Origin: Gekko japonicus
Lineage: Eukaryota
Direction of reading: 5' to 3'
DNA length: 64,000 bases
Assembly: GCF_001447785.1 (NCBI RefSeq)
Contig: NW_015174352.1
Span: 62,001-126,000 of the forward strand
This document shows positions 24,272 through 35,891 of this stretch, piece after piece. Position 1 is the stretch's first letter. Each line of letters starts with the position of its first letter. The notes under the pieces were generated by a model. The model saw only the letters and a program-made list of their open reading frames with translations, was not told the DNA's origin and ran no database searches. The translations under genes and the position numbers were made by a program.

Positions 24272-24844
24272 TGCCACAGGCAGCAGCTAGGGAGGTTTAC
24301 TATTGGCTGCCACCACTCTGGCATGGGTCTCCTTGGGAGGGCCCAGAGCACCCACCCTACCCCTCTTACAGGACTTTTACAATAGGTTTCCCCTTGTACA
24401 TGGCCAAATGAGGCGTGAGGACCCAGGCAGAGTAGCAAGTAGTTTTATTAAGAAATTTAACAACTTTAGATTTATAACAAGTAGGAAAAATGAGCCAAGT
24501 AAAGGCAGGTAAATCAGTAAAATAATAAATCCTAACACGTCTGTCTGCACAGTCCTAGCCCTCCCTAGGTACCTGTTCACAGACTCACCCACTCCTTTTG
24601 GTGAGCTTCCATCTCTCCCTGAGAGAGAACACCCTCCCACTCTGGGTATCTCCTCTTTCCAGGCACCGCCCTCTGTTCCCCTGCTGATGTAGTCTTCCCT
24701 CCAAAATCTCCTCTTACCCAATCACAGGGTCCAGGGGGAACCTGGGAAATGTAGGCCCTGATGATTACTCCAATGCAGGCTTCCTGGGAGCCACTAGGCC
24801 TCCCCAGAGCCTATAGGCTGCACTACAGGCCCATGATCATGAGA
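24272..24844 (-). mobile_element. Probable solo LTR
   Basis: Degenerate TGCCAC...CATGAGA termini; 5-bp TSD ACTAC at 24267-24271 and 24845-24849; minus-strand AATAAA at 24444-24449. Confidence 0.55.
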
Positions 24845-25004
24845 ACTACAGATTAAGCTAGAGCACAAAGAGGGAAAATAGCCATCAGCAACCTACTGGT
24901 TACAGACCTAATGAAAACAGAAACGTAACACTAAACTAAACTTAACAATACAGCACAACACAGTTACCTCACACAACCACTTTTAACTCACACAACCACT
25001 TTTA

Positions 25005-26580
25005 ACTTTAAAAGGGGTAATTTTTCTGATATGAGGGGACATGTGGGGAGGAAACTGAAGGGAAAAGTAGAAAGGGTCAAAACCATTGGGGAAGCTTGGA
25101 AGCTTGGAAACTGTTTAAAACTACAATTCTAGAAGCTAAAAAAATATATATTCCGCAGGTTAGGAAAGGCACAAACAGGTATAAGAAAAAGCCTACATGG
25201 TTAACAAACAAAGTAATGGGAAGCTGTAAAAGGTAAAAAGGATTCCTTTAAGCGGTGGAAAGCTAGTCACAGTGAGGCTGATAAAACAGAACACAGGCTA
25301 TGGCAAATAAAATGCAAGTCTGTGGTCAGGCAGGCAAAAAGGGAATATGAGGAGCATATAGCAAAAAATGTAAAGACCAACAATAAAACTTTCTTCAAAT
25401 ACATTAGAAACAGGAAACCAGCCAGGGAGGCAGTGGGGCCCTTGGATGACCAAGGGGTAAAAGGAGTACTGAAGGATGATAGGGAAATGGCTGAGAAGCT
25501 AAATGCATTTTTTGCCTCCGTCTTCACTGTGGAAGATGAGAGGTGCTTGCCCACTCCAGAGCCGCTGAGTTCGGGAGGGGTGTTGAAAGACCTGAGTCAG
25601 ATTGAGGTGACGAGAGAGGAGGTCCTAAAACTGATAAACAACTTAAAAACTGATAAATCACCAGGCCCAGATGGCATACATCCAAGAGTTCTGAAAGAAC
25701 TCAATTGTGAACTTGTGGATCTCCTGACAAAAATATGTAATCTCTCCTTAAAATCAGCCTCCATTCCTGAGGACTGGAAGGTAGCTAATGTCACTCCCAT
25801 CTTTAAAAAGGGTTCCAGAGGAGATCCGGGAAATTACAGGCCAGTCAGTCTGACGTCGATACCGGGTAAATTGGTGGAAACCATTATTAAGGAAAGAATT
25901 AGTAGGCACATAGATGAACAAAACCTATTGAGGCAGACTCAACATGGGTTCTGTAAGGGAAGATCTTGTCTCACTAACCTGTTAATGTTCTTTGAGGGGG
26001 TGAACAAACATGTGGACAAGGGGGATCCAATAGATATTGTTTACCTTGACTTCCAGAAAGCTTTTGATAAAGTTCCTCATCAAAGGCTCCTAAGTAAGCT
26101 CAAAAATCATGGGATAAAAGGACAAGTCCTTTTATGGATCAAAAACTGGCTAATTAATAGAAAACAGAGAGTGAGTATAAATGGGCAGTTCTCCCAGTGG
26201 AGGGGGGTAAGCAGTGGGGTACCACAGGGATCAGTACTTGGTCCACTGCTTTTTAACTTGTTCATTAATGATTTGGAGTTCGGAGTAAGCAGTGAAGTGG
26301 CTAAATTTGCGGATGACACAAAGTTGTTCAGGGTGGTGAAAACCAGTGAGGATTGTGAGGCACTCCAAAGGGATCTGTCAAAGATGGGCGAGTGGGCGTC
26401 AACATGGCAAATGGGGTTCAATGTGGCCAAGTGCAAGGTGATGCACATTGGAGGCAAAAATCCTAAATATAAATATACGTTGATGGGGTCTGAACTGGCA
26501 GAAACTGATCAAGAGAGAGATCTTGGAGTTGTAGTAGATAACTCACTGAAAATGTGCAGACAGTGTGTGACTGCAATAAA
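25005..26580 (+). mobile_element. CR1 LINE internal fragment with an uninterrupted RT ORF (25322-26650)
   Basis: KSPGPDGIHPRVLKEL, NYRPVSLTS, YLDFQKAFDKV, GVPQGSVLGP, KFADDTKL; homology stops abruptly at about 26580 with no CR1 tail. Confidence 0.95.
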
Positions 26581-26879
26581 TCTCATTACTAAAAGCATAT
26601 TTTACAACAACTATCCAGCTTGCTTTCCACGGCAGGTAGGCAAATGGTAATCCCCCTGCAGAAATACATCTTCCTATCTCTTTGTACATGTTACGGCTCT
26701 CTTCCCTAAGAAAATAAAAGGTTGTCAGGATCCCTGATGGCACTTCAAAGCACCTTGTATCTCCAAATTACAACACTTGCAACCCTGGGAATGATCTTTC
26801 TGGAGGTCAAAATAAGCTGCTTGAATGAACAGGAATGTAGGAAAACTCAATGTTTGTGTACAGAATTTTAGGATACCAT

Positions 26880-27080
26880 CTAGTCATTAGCACGTTGGGC
26901 TATGGTTCAAGTAAGTCAGTCTCAAATCCCCACTTTGCTATGAGGCCTACTTGGTGATCTTGGGCCAGTCACTCTCTCAGCTTAATCCACCTCCCAGGGT
27001 TGCTGTGAGAATAAAATCAGGAAGCATGTCTGCCACCTTGAGGTCTTTTGGGGAAAGCGAGATTTTATAAAGAATAAAAA
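26880..27080 (+). mobile_element. Older Squam3-like SINE
   Basis: Degenerate tRNA head and GATCTTGGGCCAGTCACTCTCTCAGC..CACCTCCCAGGGTTG core. Confidence 0.65.
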
Positions 27081-27356
27081 TGTGCAGTTTTAGTTGTGTT
27101 GACACATGAAGGAGAATTTCAAATGCTCAGTACCAACTTTCTAAGCATTTAGACATCCACACACTAGGGAGGTTTTTCCTCCCAGCCTTGCTCACAAGAA
27201 CACTACCATCTATCTTTTACAGATGGGCATCAGAGCCCACAGGACTATGCATAAAGGACCACGTCATATCCAAATAAATCATTACATTATGAAAAAAAGG
27301 AAAACGAAAAAGGAAACCTAAAAATAGTGGCCCGAAAAGATACCACTTGACATTAC

Positions 27357-27466
27357 CTGTTGCCCAGTAGTAGATATCCCAGTCATTACTAGGCTCGTTA
27401 ATCAGGCGATCATAAAGGTCCAGCTGTTGTTCATTCATTCTATTCAGGTTTTCTTTGGCAAAGAAA
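27357..27466 (-). CDS. SDHAF2: SDHAF2 exon 3
   Basis: [36 protein letters not shown]; 110 nt; CAG acceptor and GTAATG donor. Confidence 0.97.
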
Positions 27467-27660
27467 CTGAGAGAAACAATAAGATTATTGCCCCTGGCTT
27501 TCCCCTGTGAAACGAGAACAGGAAGGGTTACTAGGGAAGCACAAACAGTGCAAGACAGGCCAATAACCCCCCAGACCAGCAAAGAGATGTTATGAAAGCT
27601 AAAATACCCCCCCCAACACTCCTGTACCCTAAGGGGGGGGGGAGAAAGCAAGAAGCGCAC

Positions 27661-27866
27661 CCAAGCAGAAGACAGTTTTCCAGCATGCCTCTCTTGCGAC
27701 TCTCGTACAGCAGTCTGGCGCGCTTGGTCGCCAAGGGCTCCTGGGGCCGACGGTGCCACGGCGGCAGCGGAATTTCCAGCAGGTCCCGGCCAGAGTCCGA
27801 GGGCGAATCCCCACGATAGCCGCGCCTCGACACAGGGAGGAGGCGGAGAGGGCGAGATGAGAAGCG
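27661..27866 (-). CDS. SDHAF2: SDHAF2 exon 2
   Basis: [58 protein letters not shown](G), containing the Sdh5 RGxxE motif; CAG acceptor and GTGCGC donor. Confidence 0.97.
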
Positions 27867-27883
27867 CTGGGGGGAAAGGGAGG

Positions 27884-28700
27884 AAGAAGAAGAAGAGATT
27901 GGATTTATACCCTGTCCTTCACTACCCAAAGGAGTCTCAGAGGGGCTTACAATCTCCTTTCCCTTCCTGATGCTTTAGAAGAAGAGAAGAGATTGGATTT
28001 ATACCCCGCCCATCACTACCCAAAGGAGTCTCAGAGCAGCTTACAGTCCTCTTTCCCTTCCTGATGCTTTAGAAGAAGAGAAGAAGAGATTGGATTTATA
28101 CACCGCCCTTCACTCGTTGATGCGCTCAGCTTGTCATGCGCACATCTCGCCAGCACCTCTGCATTCCTTCCTGTATATGTCAGCCATGCTTTGATGTAAC
28201 GTTATCTAGCCAAGGCCACAGGTGGAAGAGCAAGAGAGCTTTGCTTTGACTTTAATTAGTAGAGACTGTGAGAAAGTGTATGCTTATTTATAATAAGGTA
28301 GCCGTTGCTTTCCCAAGGATTAGGCACGTAAGAAACCTTTGGGCGCGCACGGGAATCATGTTTATTGGCTGTATTGATTATGAACTTGCTTTAACCTTCC
28401 CAGCTCTCCGAGTTATCGCTATTCTGAACAGTGCCTCTGTTCAAGTGCTTCATGGCTTCAATAAAGTAAAACCTTCCTGCAAGTGTGTACTTTGTTGTTT
28501 GCTGTGGGGTCTGACACCCTTCCCCTCTCCACAGCGGGTGGGGCTGAGGGAGCTCTGACAGAAACTGCTCTTTTTTAAGGACAGCTCCTTATCAGAGCTA
28601 CGGCTTGCCCAAGGCGATCCAGCCAGGTGCGAGTGGAGGAGGAGTGGGGAATCGAACCCGGTCCCCCCAGATCAGAGTCCGCGCACTTCACCACGACACC
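27884..28700 (-). mobile_element. Squam3-type SINE with triplicated 3' tail, split by a solo LTR
   Basis: Tail unit GAAGAGATTGGATTTATA repeated at about 27892, 27987 and 28083; head with A/B boxes at about 28640-28700. Confidence 0.82.
28178..28516 (+). mobile_element. Solo LTR related to the Gypsy LTR at 3224-3570
   Basis: TGTCAGCCATGCT...CTGACA; last about 60 nt (TTCAATAAAGTA..AAGTGTGTACT.TGTTGTT.GCTGTGG...CTGACA) align with the 3' LTR; similar length (339 vs 347 bp). No TSD found. Confidence 0.8.
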
Positions 28701-28985
28701 AAAAGGGGCAAATGCCAAACGGCCGGAGACCGAGCCGGAGGCCCGTTCACAGCCCCAGTACTGCCTCCGACAGCGGCCCCAGAGGGACACTCTCCCTCCT
28801 CTCCCCGGAAATTCCTTCCCAGGATTCCCAAGAGCGCCAAGTCGTGCCCTTCTGCGTGCCGGGCGGGCGGGCGGCCTGCCTGCCCCCGGAGCCACAAGGC
28901 CGCCAAGTGTGTGTGTGTGTCGTGTCCTTCCCCTCCCCTCCCCTCCCCTCCCGGCGGATTCGTGTACCCTTCCCCCCACACTCAC

Positions 28986-29006
28986 TCTAACGATGAGCGC
29001 GGCCAT
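28986..29006 (-). CDS. SDHAF2: SDHAF2 exon 1 coding part (MAALIVR)
   Basis: AGC-ATG-G Kozak context and perfect GTGAGT donor; phase 0 matches exon 2. Total CDS is 447 nt (148 aa). Confidence 0.85.
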
Positions 29007-29540
29007 GCTCTCCACCCGCAGCTCGCCTTCTCCAAGGCCGCTCTCTATGGTCTCGGGTTCCTCCACGACAACGCGCGTCCTAGAGTTCCCTCACACCGGG
29101 TCCTTCCCCGTGCGCATGCGTACCGCTTCCCCGGCTAGCCCCCCCTTTTTTCCCTTCCTTTTGGCGCGGGCCAGCGGCTGTAGGCCGGAAGGGGGCGTGT
29201 CTCGCCAGGGAGGAAGGGGCGGGGCGAGGCAAGGAGGGAGAGCGAGCGAGAGGGGGAGAGAGAGAGAGAGAGAGAGAGGTTCGCGCGCGCGTTTTGGGCC
29301 TGTTTGGGATTCTGGGCCTTGCACGGTACATAACGCGGCTGGAGTCGTCCTGGGGGGGCGCCGACATTTTCTGAATGGAGGGAGCGCGGGCGGCGGGGAG
29401 TGGGAGGAAGGGCGCGGGTCCTCTTCGTTCTCAGCGCGGGAAGGAGGAGGCGGCGGCGGCGGCGCGAGATAACGCAAGTATGGCGGCTGGGGGGTGGGTG
29501 GGGGTGACGCGCATCGGCCGCCCCCCTCCCCCTCCCCCTC

Positions 29541-29669
29541 ATGGCTTGTGTCGGGGGCTCCGGGTTCAGATTCGCGGGCGGGGGGGGACGGGCGGGGGGC
29601 GCGGCTGGACGGGGTTCCCAGGAAGGGGTGGACCTCATCGACATCTACGCGGACGAGGAGTTCAACCAG
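29541..29669 (+). CDS. CPSF7: CPSF7 first coding exon (start codon uncertain)
   Basis: 29622-29669 encodes EGVDLIDIYADEEFNQ followed by a GTGAGG donor. The expected ATG is absent; the nearest in-frame ATG is at 29541. Confidence 0.75.
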
Positions 29670-30609
29670 GTGAGGGGGGGGGGAGGGCGCTCCTAGGTGG
29701 CTCTCGTAGCAGGTAGGGGGGGGGAAGCCCTCCTTGAACGTTTGGCCCCCTGTCGAGAACCGTCGAGTGGCGGCCGTGCGGCCTCTGTGAAGAGCAGCAG
29801 CCTGGGGTCCTCCTGTGTCAAGCGTCACTGCTGTGCCCTGCCTTCATTCACAGGGGCGCTTCGGGCAAGCCAGTCAGGTTGGGCATTGGAGCTGGAGAGG
29901 TTGTTCCGCTCTCCAGTGTGAAGTTACATTTCCTCACCCAGGGTGGGCTTATTTTTACAAAAAGAGGTGCTGTATTAAGTGAAAAAGTGAACGTTGCTTG
30001 GTCAGTGTTGCACTTAGCAGCTGTAATAAGCTATTCGTATTGATTGATGTGAATAACAAATATGTGGGAAGAGACTAAATGGAAAAGCGGGGGGGGGAGG
30101 AAGTGTGGCTACTCCTTCGGTGCGCGCTGCAAAGAGGACGGCTGGAGGGAATAGGCGCGCGCCAGCGTGATCACACTGAACTAGTCTGTCTGCAGCCAGT
30201 GGCAAACCATTTGCTAGTAGATATTTGCAGGTACTTTTTAACTGCACATCTTCGGTGGCACACCACAGGTTGGCTATGGGTGCGCTACGCTTCCCAGATG
30301 TTACAGTGTGATCGCGCCCCGAAAATCCACCCAGTATTTGTGCCTTTCGCGCAGCAAATTCTCGGTGTGACCGGGGCCATACTTCATCTTTTTAAAGCAC
30401 TGGTTCCCAAAGTGGACAATACCACTCCCTGAGGGAGCTGGAATGATCCAGGTGGGGGGGTCAGAACCTTGGGTGCAACTGGGGTGTGTGTGGAATACAA
30501 ATAAGGGGGTGGTGGAAGCATAAAGAAAGAAGAGTCCAGAAGAACCTATCTAAAGCAGCCCTTTTGGTGGTAGGCCAAATAAGTTTCGGAACGTATGATG
30601 TAAAGTCTG

Positions 30610-31190
30610 GGTAAATTAGAGTAAGAATGTTCAAAGACCTCCACGGTCTGGCCCCTTATATCTGGGGGACTCCCTCTCCTGTTACAACCCCCCCCCCCCC
30701 CCCGGCGTCGCCAGGATGTTTGGAGTCCCGTTGCCAGAGCGACGCATAGCTTCACATCCTGGCGACGCCGGTGCAACGCATATCGCTGTCCTCCCGCGGC
30801 AGGGATTCTGTGACAACGCACGGATCCCCCGCCGCGGCTTGGCAGCCCTAGCCTGGCCCCAGGATGGCTCGGTTAGCTGTCGGCAGGGGAAGGGCCTTCT
30901 CAGTAGTGGCCCCTACCCTGTGCAAAGCACTCTCGGATGCCACCGACTCCTTGCCGGACTTACTTAGCTTCTGCAGGGCATGGAAAGCTGAATTATTTAG
31001 GTTGGCCTTTGAAGGATAACCAAGTGTTTGGGCTGTTTTAATAGTGGTATGGTGATAGTCACATATTTTAATGTTGATGTATTATTTTTGGTTTTTAGTG
31101 TGGCTTTTTTCCTCCTTGGCTTTAATGTTGTAAGTTGCCATGAGGCCCTTTGGCTGAGTGGCAAATAAAAATATCTAATAAATAAAATAA
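30610..31190 (+). mobile_element. L2 3' fragment with an inserted palindromic MITE piece
   Basis: FKDLHGLAPY-like L2 sequence and (TAAA) tail; perfect 18-bp inverted repeat at 30702-30719 and 30754-30771. Confidence 0.65.
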
Positions 31191-33083
31191 ATTATTGAAA
31201 AAGTTATGGTTAGTGTGGGACTTAAAAATGTATAATGAAGCATATTGGGTGGTCTGTTAGTAAGAAGAGAAGCACCAATGAGACTGCTTCAATGGTGGGA
31301 TTGCATTGCAGATATCATTTGATATATTTTTTCTAAGAATGTGACTGGTTAAGTGGCATGGCATGGGTATAATGTACAGTAGCTTTATCTACCCTGTAGC
31401 ATTCATCTCTGGTCCTCTAGGGCATTCGACAGAAGTGCCGCATCGTGAAGATGGGAATTCAAATTTTGCAGTAAATTATTGTCCTTTCCATACTTAATGT
31501 TTCTCATGTATGTGTTTATCTAGATTACTCAAATAAGGGAAATACTATTGAAACAGGCAACATCTATTGTGTTGCTTTAGAAAAATGTGTTGTTATTCGC
31601 AACATCTTTCTGGAGGCACGTGTTGTCACTTGTTTTAGCTCTAAAGCTATTCACAGCTGAGTTCTTCTAAGCATGTACAGATACCATTTTAGATTTGGTG
31701 GAGGCAGTAGTAGAGAACAACTCAGTAAGGGATGAGATTGGAACCAAATTCGTATCCTGTAGAATTGCTCAGTAATCCCAGACCTATAGTAGCTATATTG
31801 TTATACAGTGGTAGAGTATCTGTTTTGCATAAGTACCATGTATGGTTCTTGGTGATAATGATTACATTTTTCTGAGAAGTGGAATGTGGAAAGAATTCTG
31901 TTTGATGTTTGAGAGCTTCTGTCTGTCAGAGCAGTCAGTATTTGGCTATAATTCATAGATCTACAGCTTGGGTTGCGAAGCTGTTCCTTATCACTAGGTT
32001 GGCCTGCCTTTGCTAGCCAGATTCATCCAGGAGTAACCAAACCAGAGATTTGCTGAACTGTACCTTACGGCTTACACAGATGTAAAGGTGTGAGATCAGT
32101 GAATGGGTCTTTCAGTTTAGTTAACTGTTAGTAGCAGCTACTTGGTAGGGATTCCCCAGCATGATTGCAGACGGACAGCCGTAACAAAATGAAACCAAAG
32201 AAGTGAGCTGTGAGTGATTGAAAGTTCATATTGAAATAAATGTTAGTCTTTAAGGTTCGAATGAACTTTTGTTTTATTTCCCCAACATGTGTACACAGTT
32301 TTCCTAATGGAAGTCACACCCCAAGCTGCTGTTTGTCCTGTGGGAGAACACAGGTACCTGTATAGTTAACACACAACTACCATGTGACCCATCCTTGGTC
32401 CGGGACATAGACCCACACCAAGTCTACACTTGGTGTAGACTTCTTAAGTGACTCTTAACACTTCTATGGGGAGAGCTATTCATGCCTACTCTAGTGGGTT
32501 GCATGTTTTCATTTTATCCTTCATGATAACTCCTTGTTTCAGGAGTGTGTACGGGAGGGTGCTTTTTCTTCTGGCCCAAATGTAGGTGCAGAATTGAATT
32601 TGGACTGCTTGAAAATACATGTGTAATGAAGTTGAACAAGTTGCTTGTGTGGTGGGAGTGTTACGTGCACAGCTTTGATGCTTTGTGTCTTTGACCATTA
32701 TCCCCCGGCTTCCCTTTCACCCAGTGTTTTCTGGATGCTTTGTATTATTTCTCTTTCTTATACGGAGTCAGTGGTGACTTATACTGCACATCTCGATGAT
32801 GTGTGTATTTTGTTGTTTCCCTGTTGCTTATTCGTCTGTGACCCACCCATCTCCCATGTTCCTTGACTTTCATTTCACTGACTGAAATGTTGTACTACCA
32901 TAGTTGTGATGGCAGCTATATAGTAAATTCTTGTGTCTGTGTAGTCCAATAGCAAGGTTTACAATACGATAGCGAGGTTTTTTGTCATGTTGTAAGAAGT
33001 CTGGACAGTGGATGCCACACATACACAGTGTTTGTGTACAGAACCCTGTTTTGTGTTTGGATGTGTCACACATGTTGTTCTGG

Positions 33084-33312
33084 TTTTTATACCCCACTTT
33101 TCTCTTACCCTGAGGAGTCTCAAAGCGGCTTATAGTCTCCTTTCCTTCCTCTTCCCACAACAGACACCTTGTGAGGTAGGTGGAGCTGAGAGAGTTCTGA
33201 GGGAACTGTGACTGGCCCAAGGTCACCCAGCTGGCTTCACGTGGAGGAGTGGGGAATCGAACTTGGTTCTCCAGATTGGAGTCTGCCGTTCTTAACCACT
33301 AGACCACGCTGG
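33084..33312 (-). mobile_element. Squam3-type SINE
   Basis: Reverse complement of the same head, core and tail as 9258-9544. Confidence 0.85.
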
Positions 33313-34411
33313 CCCCTGCTGGGTGCTTCTAAGGTGGCTAGTAGCTCAGATGGCACTGTACCTGTGGAGTGGTGTTCTCATGATGCGATAGGTGCTGCTG
33401 AAGACTGGGTGCTTTTCTCTTCCCTTTTGTGCTCCTTGAAAATCCATTGCTGAGGATTGGGGGATCCTACAGAACATTGTGGCATGGTGGAGGACGTTAC
33501 TACAGCAAGGAAGAGCAATTGATCAAAATCCTACTCCTTTTTTGTGATGGGAGTCAGGTTGGGCCAGTTGCTCCTTGCTGCAGCGCCCCCATGCCACATA
33601 GCCTATTCTGGATCCTCATGGGGCCCCGGGGTGACAGAAAGATTCTGAGAGAATGGAAAACAATAAAATTTCTTCCATAAATCTTGCTGTGTTAGCAGAA
33701 CCTGGGATCCAAGACCATGTGTTTAATTTGAAGAGTATCATTCTGGTTATGCTGTCGAGCTTAGCTCAGCTTATTAAAAAAGGACAAACATATTTCAAGT
33801 CATTTTTCCCCGATACATGTAAAAGTGAACTACACATCCCAAACAAAATTGCTGTGTTTCAATGCCCAAGTAATTAGGCTGTACTTTATCCTAAATGTTT
33901 AAAAATCTCCTGGGAGCATTCTCTTTACAGTTCTTGGTTCACTTGAAAGAATTGCAGAACAGAGTAATAAAAGTTAGCCCCAAACTGCTTTCCGTGCTGT
34001 TAAAAGGGAAAGTCAGTTTGTTTCCCAAGAAGGTGACAGTAGGCATTCCAAGTGGCTTAAATGAAATTCTTTATGTCACTTATAATTCAGTGAAGTAAAT
34101 TTTAAGGAAAGATTAATGAGAATATGATGGCTATAAAATAGCCATATTTTGAAAAAGCCATGTAGAACAGAGAGTACTATCACCATGTATGATAGCAAAA
34201 TAATGTCCTGTTAGTCTGAAGTTAGTTCTGTGAATAGCCTGTGTCTGCCTAAGAACGACTAGTGGGTGGGTGGGAAATCTCTAGGATAACAATCAATACT
34301 AAATTGGTGTTTGAAACCTGTATGCCTCTATACTTGCTTGCTGATGCTGTAACTGAATGTATGAGAAAATACTTTACAAGAGATGCGGATGCTAGACCAT
34401 ATATATATATA

Positions 34412-34922
34412 NNNNNNNNNNNNNNNNNNNNNNNNNNNNNNNNNNNNNNNNNNNNNNNNNNNNNNNNNNNNNNNNNNNNNNNNNNNNNNNNNNNNNNNNN
34501 NNNNNNNNNNNNNNNNNNNNNNNNNNNNNNNNNNNNNNNNNNNNNNNNNNNNNNNNNNNNNNNNNNNNNNNNNNNNNNNNNNNNNNNNNNNNNNNNNNNN
34601 NNNNNNNNNNNNNNNNNNNNNNNNNNNNNNNNNNNNNNNNNNNNNNNNNNNNNNNNNNNNNNNNNNNNNNNNNNNNNNNNNNNNNNNNNNNNNNNNNNNN
34701 NNNNNNNNNNNNNNNNNNNNNNNNNNNNNNNNNNNNNNNNNNNNNNNNNNNNNNNNNNNNNNNNNNNNNNNNNNNNNNNNNNNNNNNNNNNNNNNNNNNN
34801 NNNNNNNNNNNNNNNNNNNNNNNNNNNNNNNNNNNNNNNNNNNNNNNNNNNNNNNNNNNNNNNNNNNNNNNNNNNNNNNNNNNNNNNNNNNNNNNNNNNN
34901 NNNNNNNNNNNNNNNNNNNNNN
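34412..34922. other. Assembly gap
   Basis: Run of N after (TA)n. Confidence 1.
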
Positions 34923-35460
34923 ATTAATTATTTGGGCTTCCATATCCCAAATCCTCCTCCGCACCACCTGCAAAATAGCTGTTTCGCCGCAGTTATACAG
35001 AGAATCCAAGTCAATTCCCATAGTTTTGATTTTATGCACTATGGTTTGTGACCAGGTGGAAATATATGGATCTGCAAGAAGTTGAACAATAAGACTGTTG
35101 GGAGGGGAACTAAAGTGCAGATCTAACCAGTATTTGATAGTGGTGATCCACGCCCGTGATTCAATAAGATGAAAACCTAGCTCCGCACAGAGGGAAAAAT
35201 AGGAAATGGAGTTCAGAAAACCTAGAATCCTGCGAAAGAAGGTAGAACTTATTAGTTCTTTTATTAAAATTTTGAATCCATATAGGTATCCCATACAGTA
35301 GACGGGAAATAACAGACGCCTGAAAAATCTGGAGAGCTGCCGGAACAAATTGATTACCTATTAAATTAAAAAAAACGGATTAAAGCTGCAGTCTTATTCC
35401 TAGCTAAACTAAGGGAATGATCTCTAGACCTTTTATATAGTTTAAAATGTGTAATAAAAT
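34923..35460 (-). mobile_element. Non-LTR retrotransposon C-terminal fragment (RTE-X-like, tentative)
   Basis: FFRRILG..LCAELG..IESRAWITTIKYW..RRRIWDMEAQ resembles the post-RT region of LINEs. Confidence 0.55.
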
Positions 35461-35891
35461 CAAACGTTTTAATAAGATAGTCAAATAGCATACAAGTTTT
35501 TTTTCTCATTCTTCCTTTGTCCCCCACCTCCAACACATTTCGTGTAATCTTTCAAGATTTCACCAGGAGCAACTAGAATCAGTTCTCTCATGCCCCTGGA
35601 AGAGCCTCCAGGACACCACAGCAGCAACTTTAACTTAGGAAGCCGGTGTGGCATACTGGCTAGGGGAGTAAGGGGTGGTTTTGACAATCCTCAGTTGAAA
35701 TCTTGTCTCTGCTGTGAATTCACTAGTTGGTTTCAAGGAAGTCTCTTTCAACTCCCCCACCACCACCACCACAAGGGAATGATAATGCAGGCCCACTTTA
35801 AAGGCCTGTTTTAAGGATTACAGAAAGGTAACGTGTGTCTGAAGTACCTGAAATACTTACGTTGTATAACAGTGGTGGTGGTGATCTTATA

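Larger units (their letters stand above)
28720..29830. promoter_or_regulatory. CpG-island bidirectional promoter shared by SDHAF2 and CPSF7
   Basis: Very CpG-rich; NRF1 motif TGCGCATGCG at 29111-29120, ETS CCGGAAG at about 29185, GC box at about 29217, (GA)n at about 29256-29278; head-to-head arrangement as in human. Confidence 0.85.

Noticed and set aside
27884-28115. CRISPR-like repeat array
   Set aside because: Eukaryotic context; the units are tandem copies of a SINE tail with non-unique spacers.
28575-29921. Long ORFs on both strands across the promoter
   Set aside because: Stop-poor CpG island; only the short SDHAF2 and CPSF7 exons are supported.
30702-30771. Perfect 18-bp hairpin as a pre-miRNA
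   Set aside because: It lies in a palindromic MITE fragment within an L2 remnant; there is no independent support.
34262-35051. ORFs of about 220 aa in the ORF track
   Set aside because: Artefacts of the N gap.
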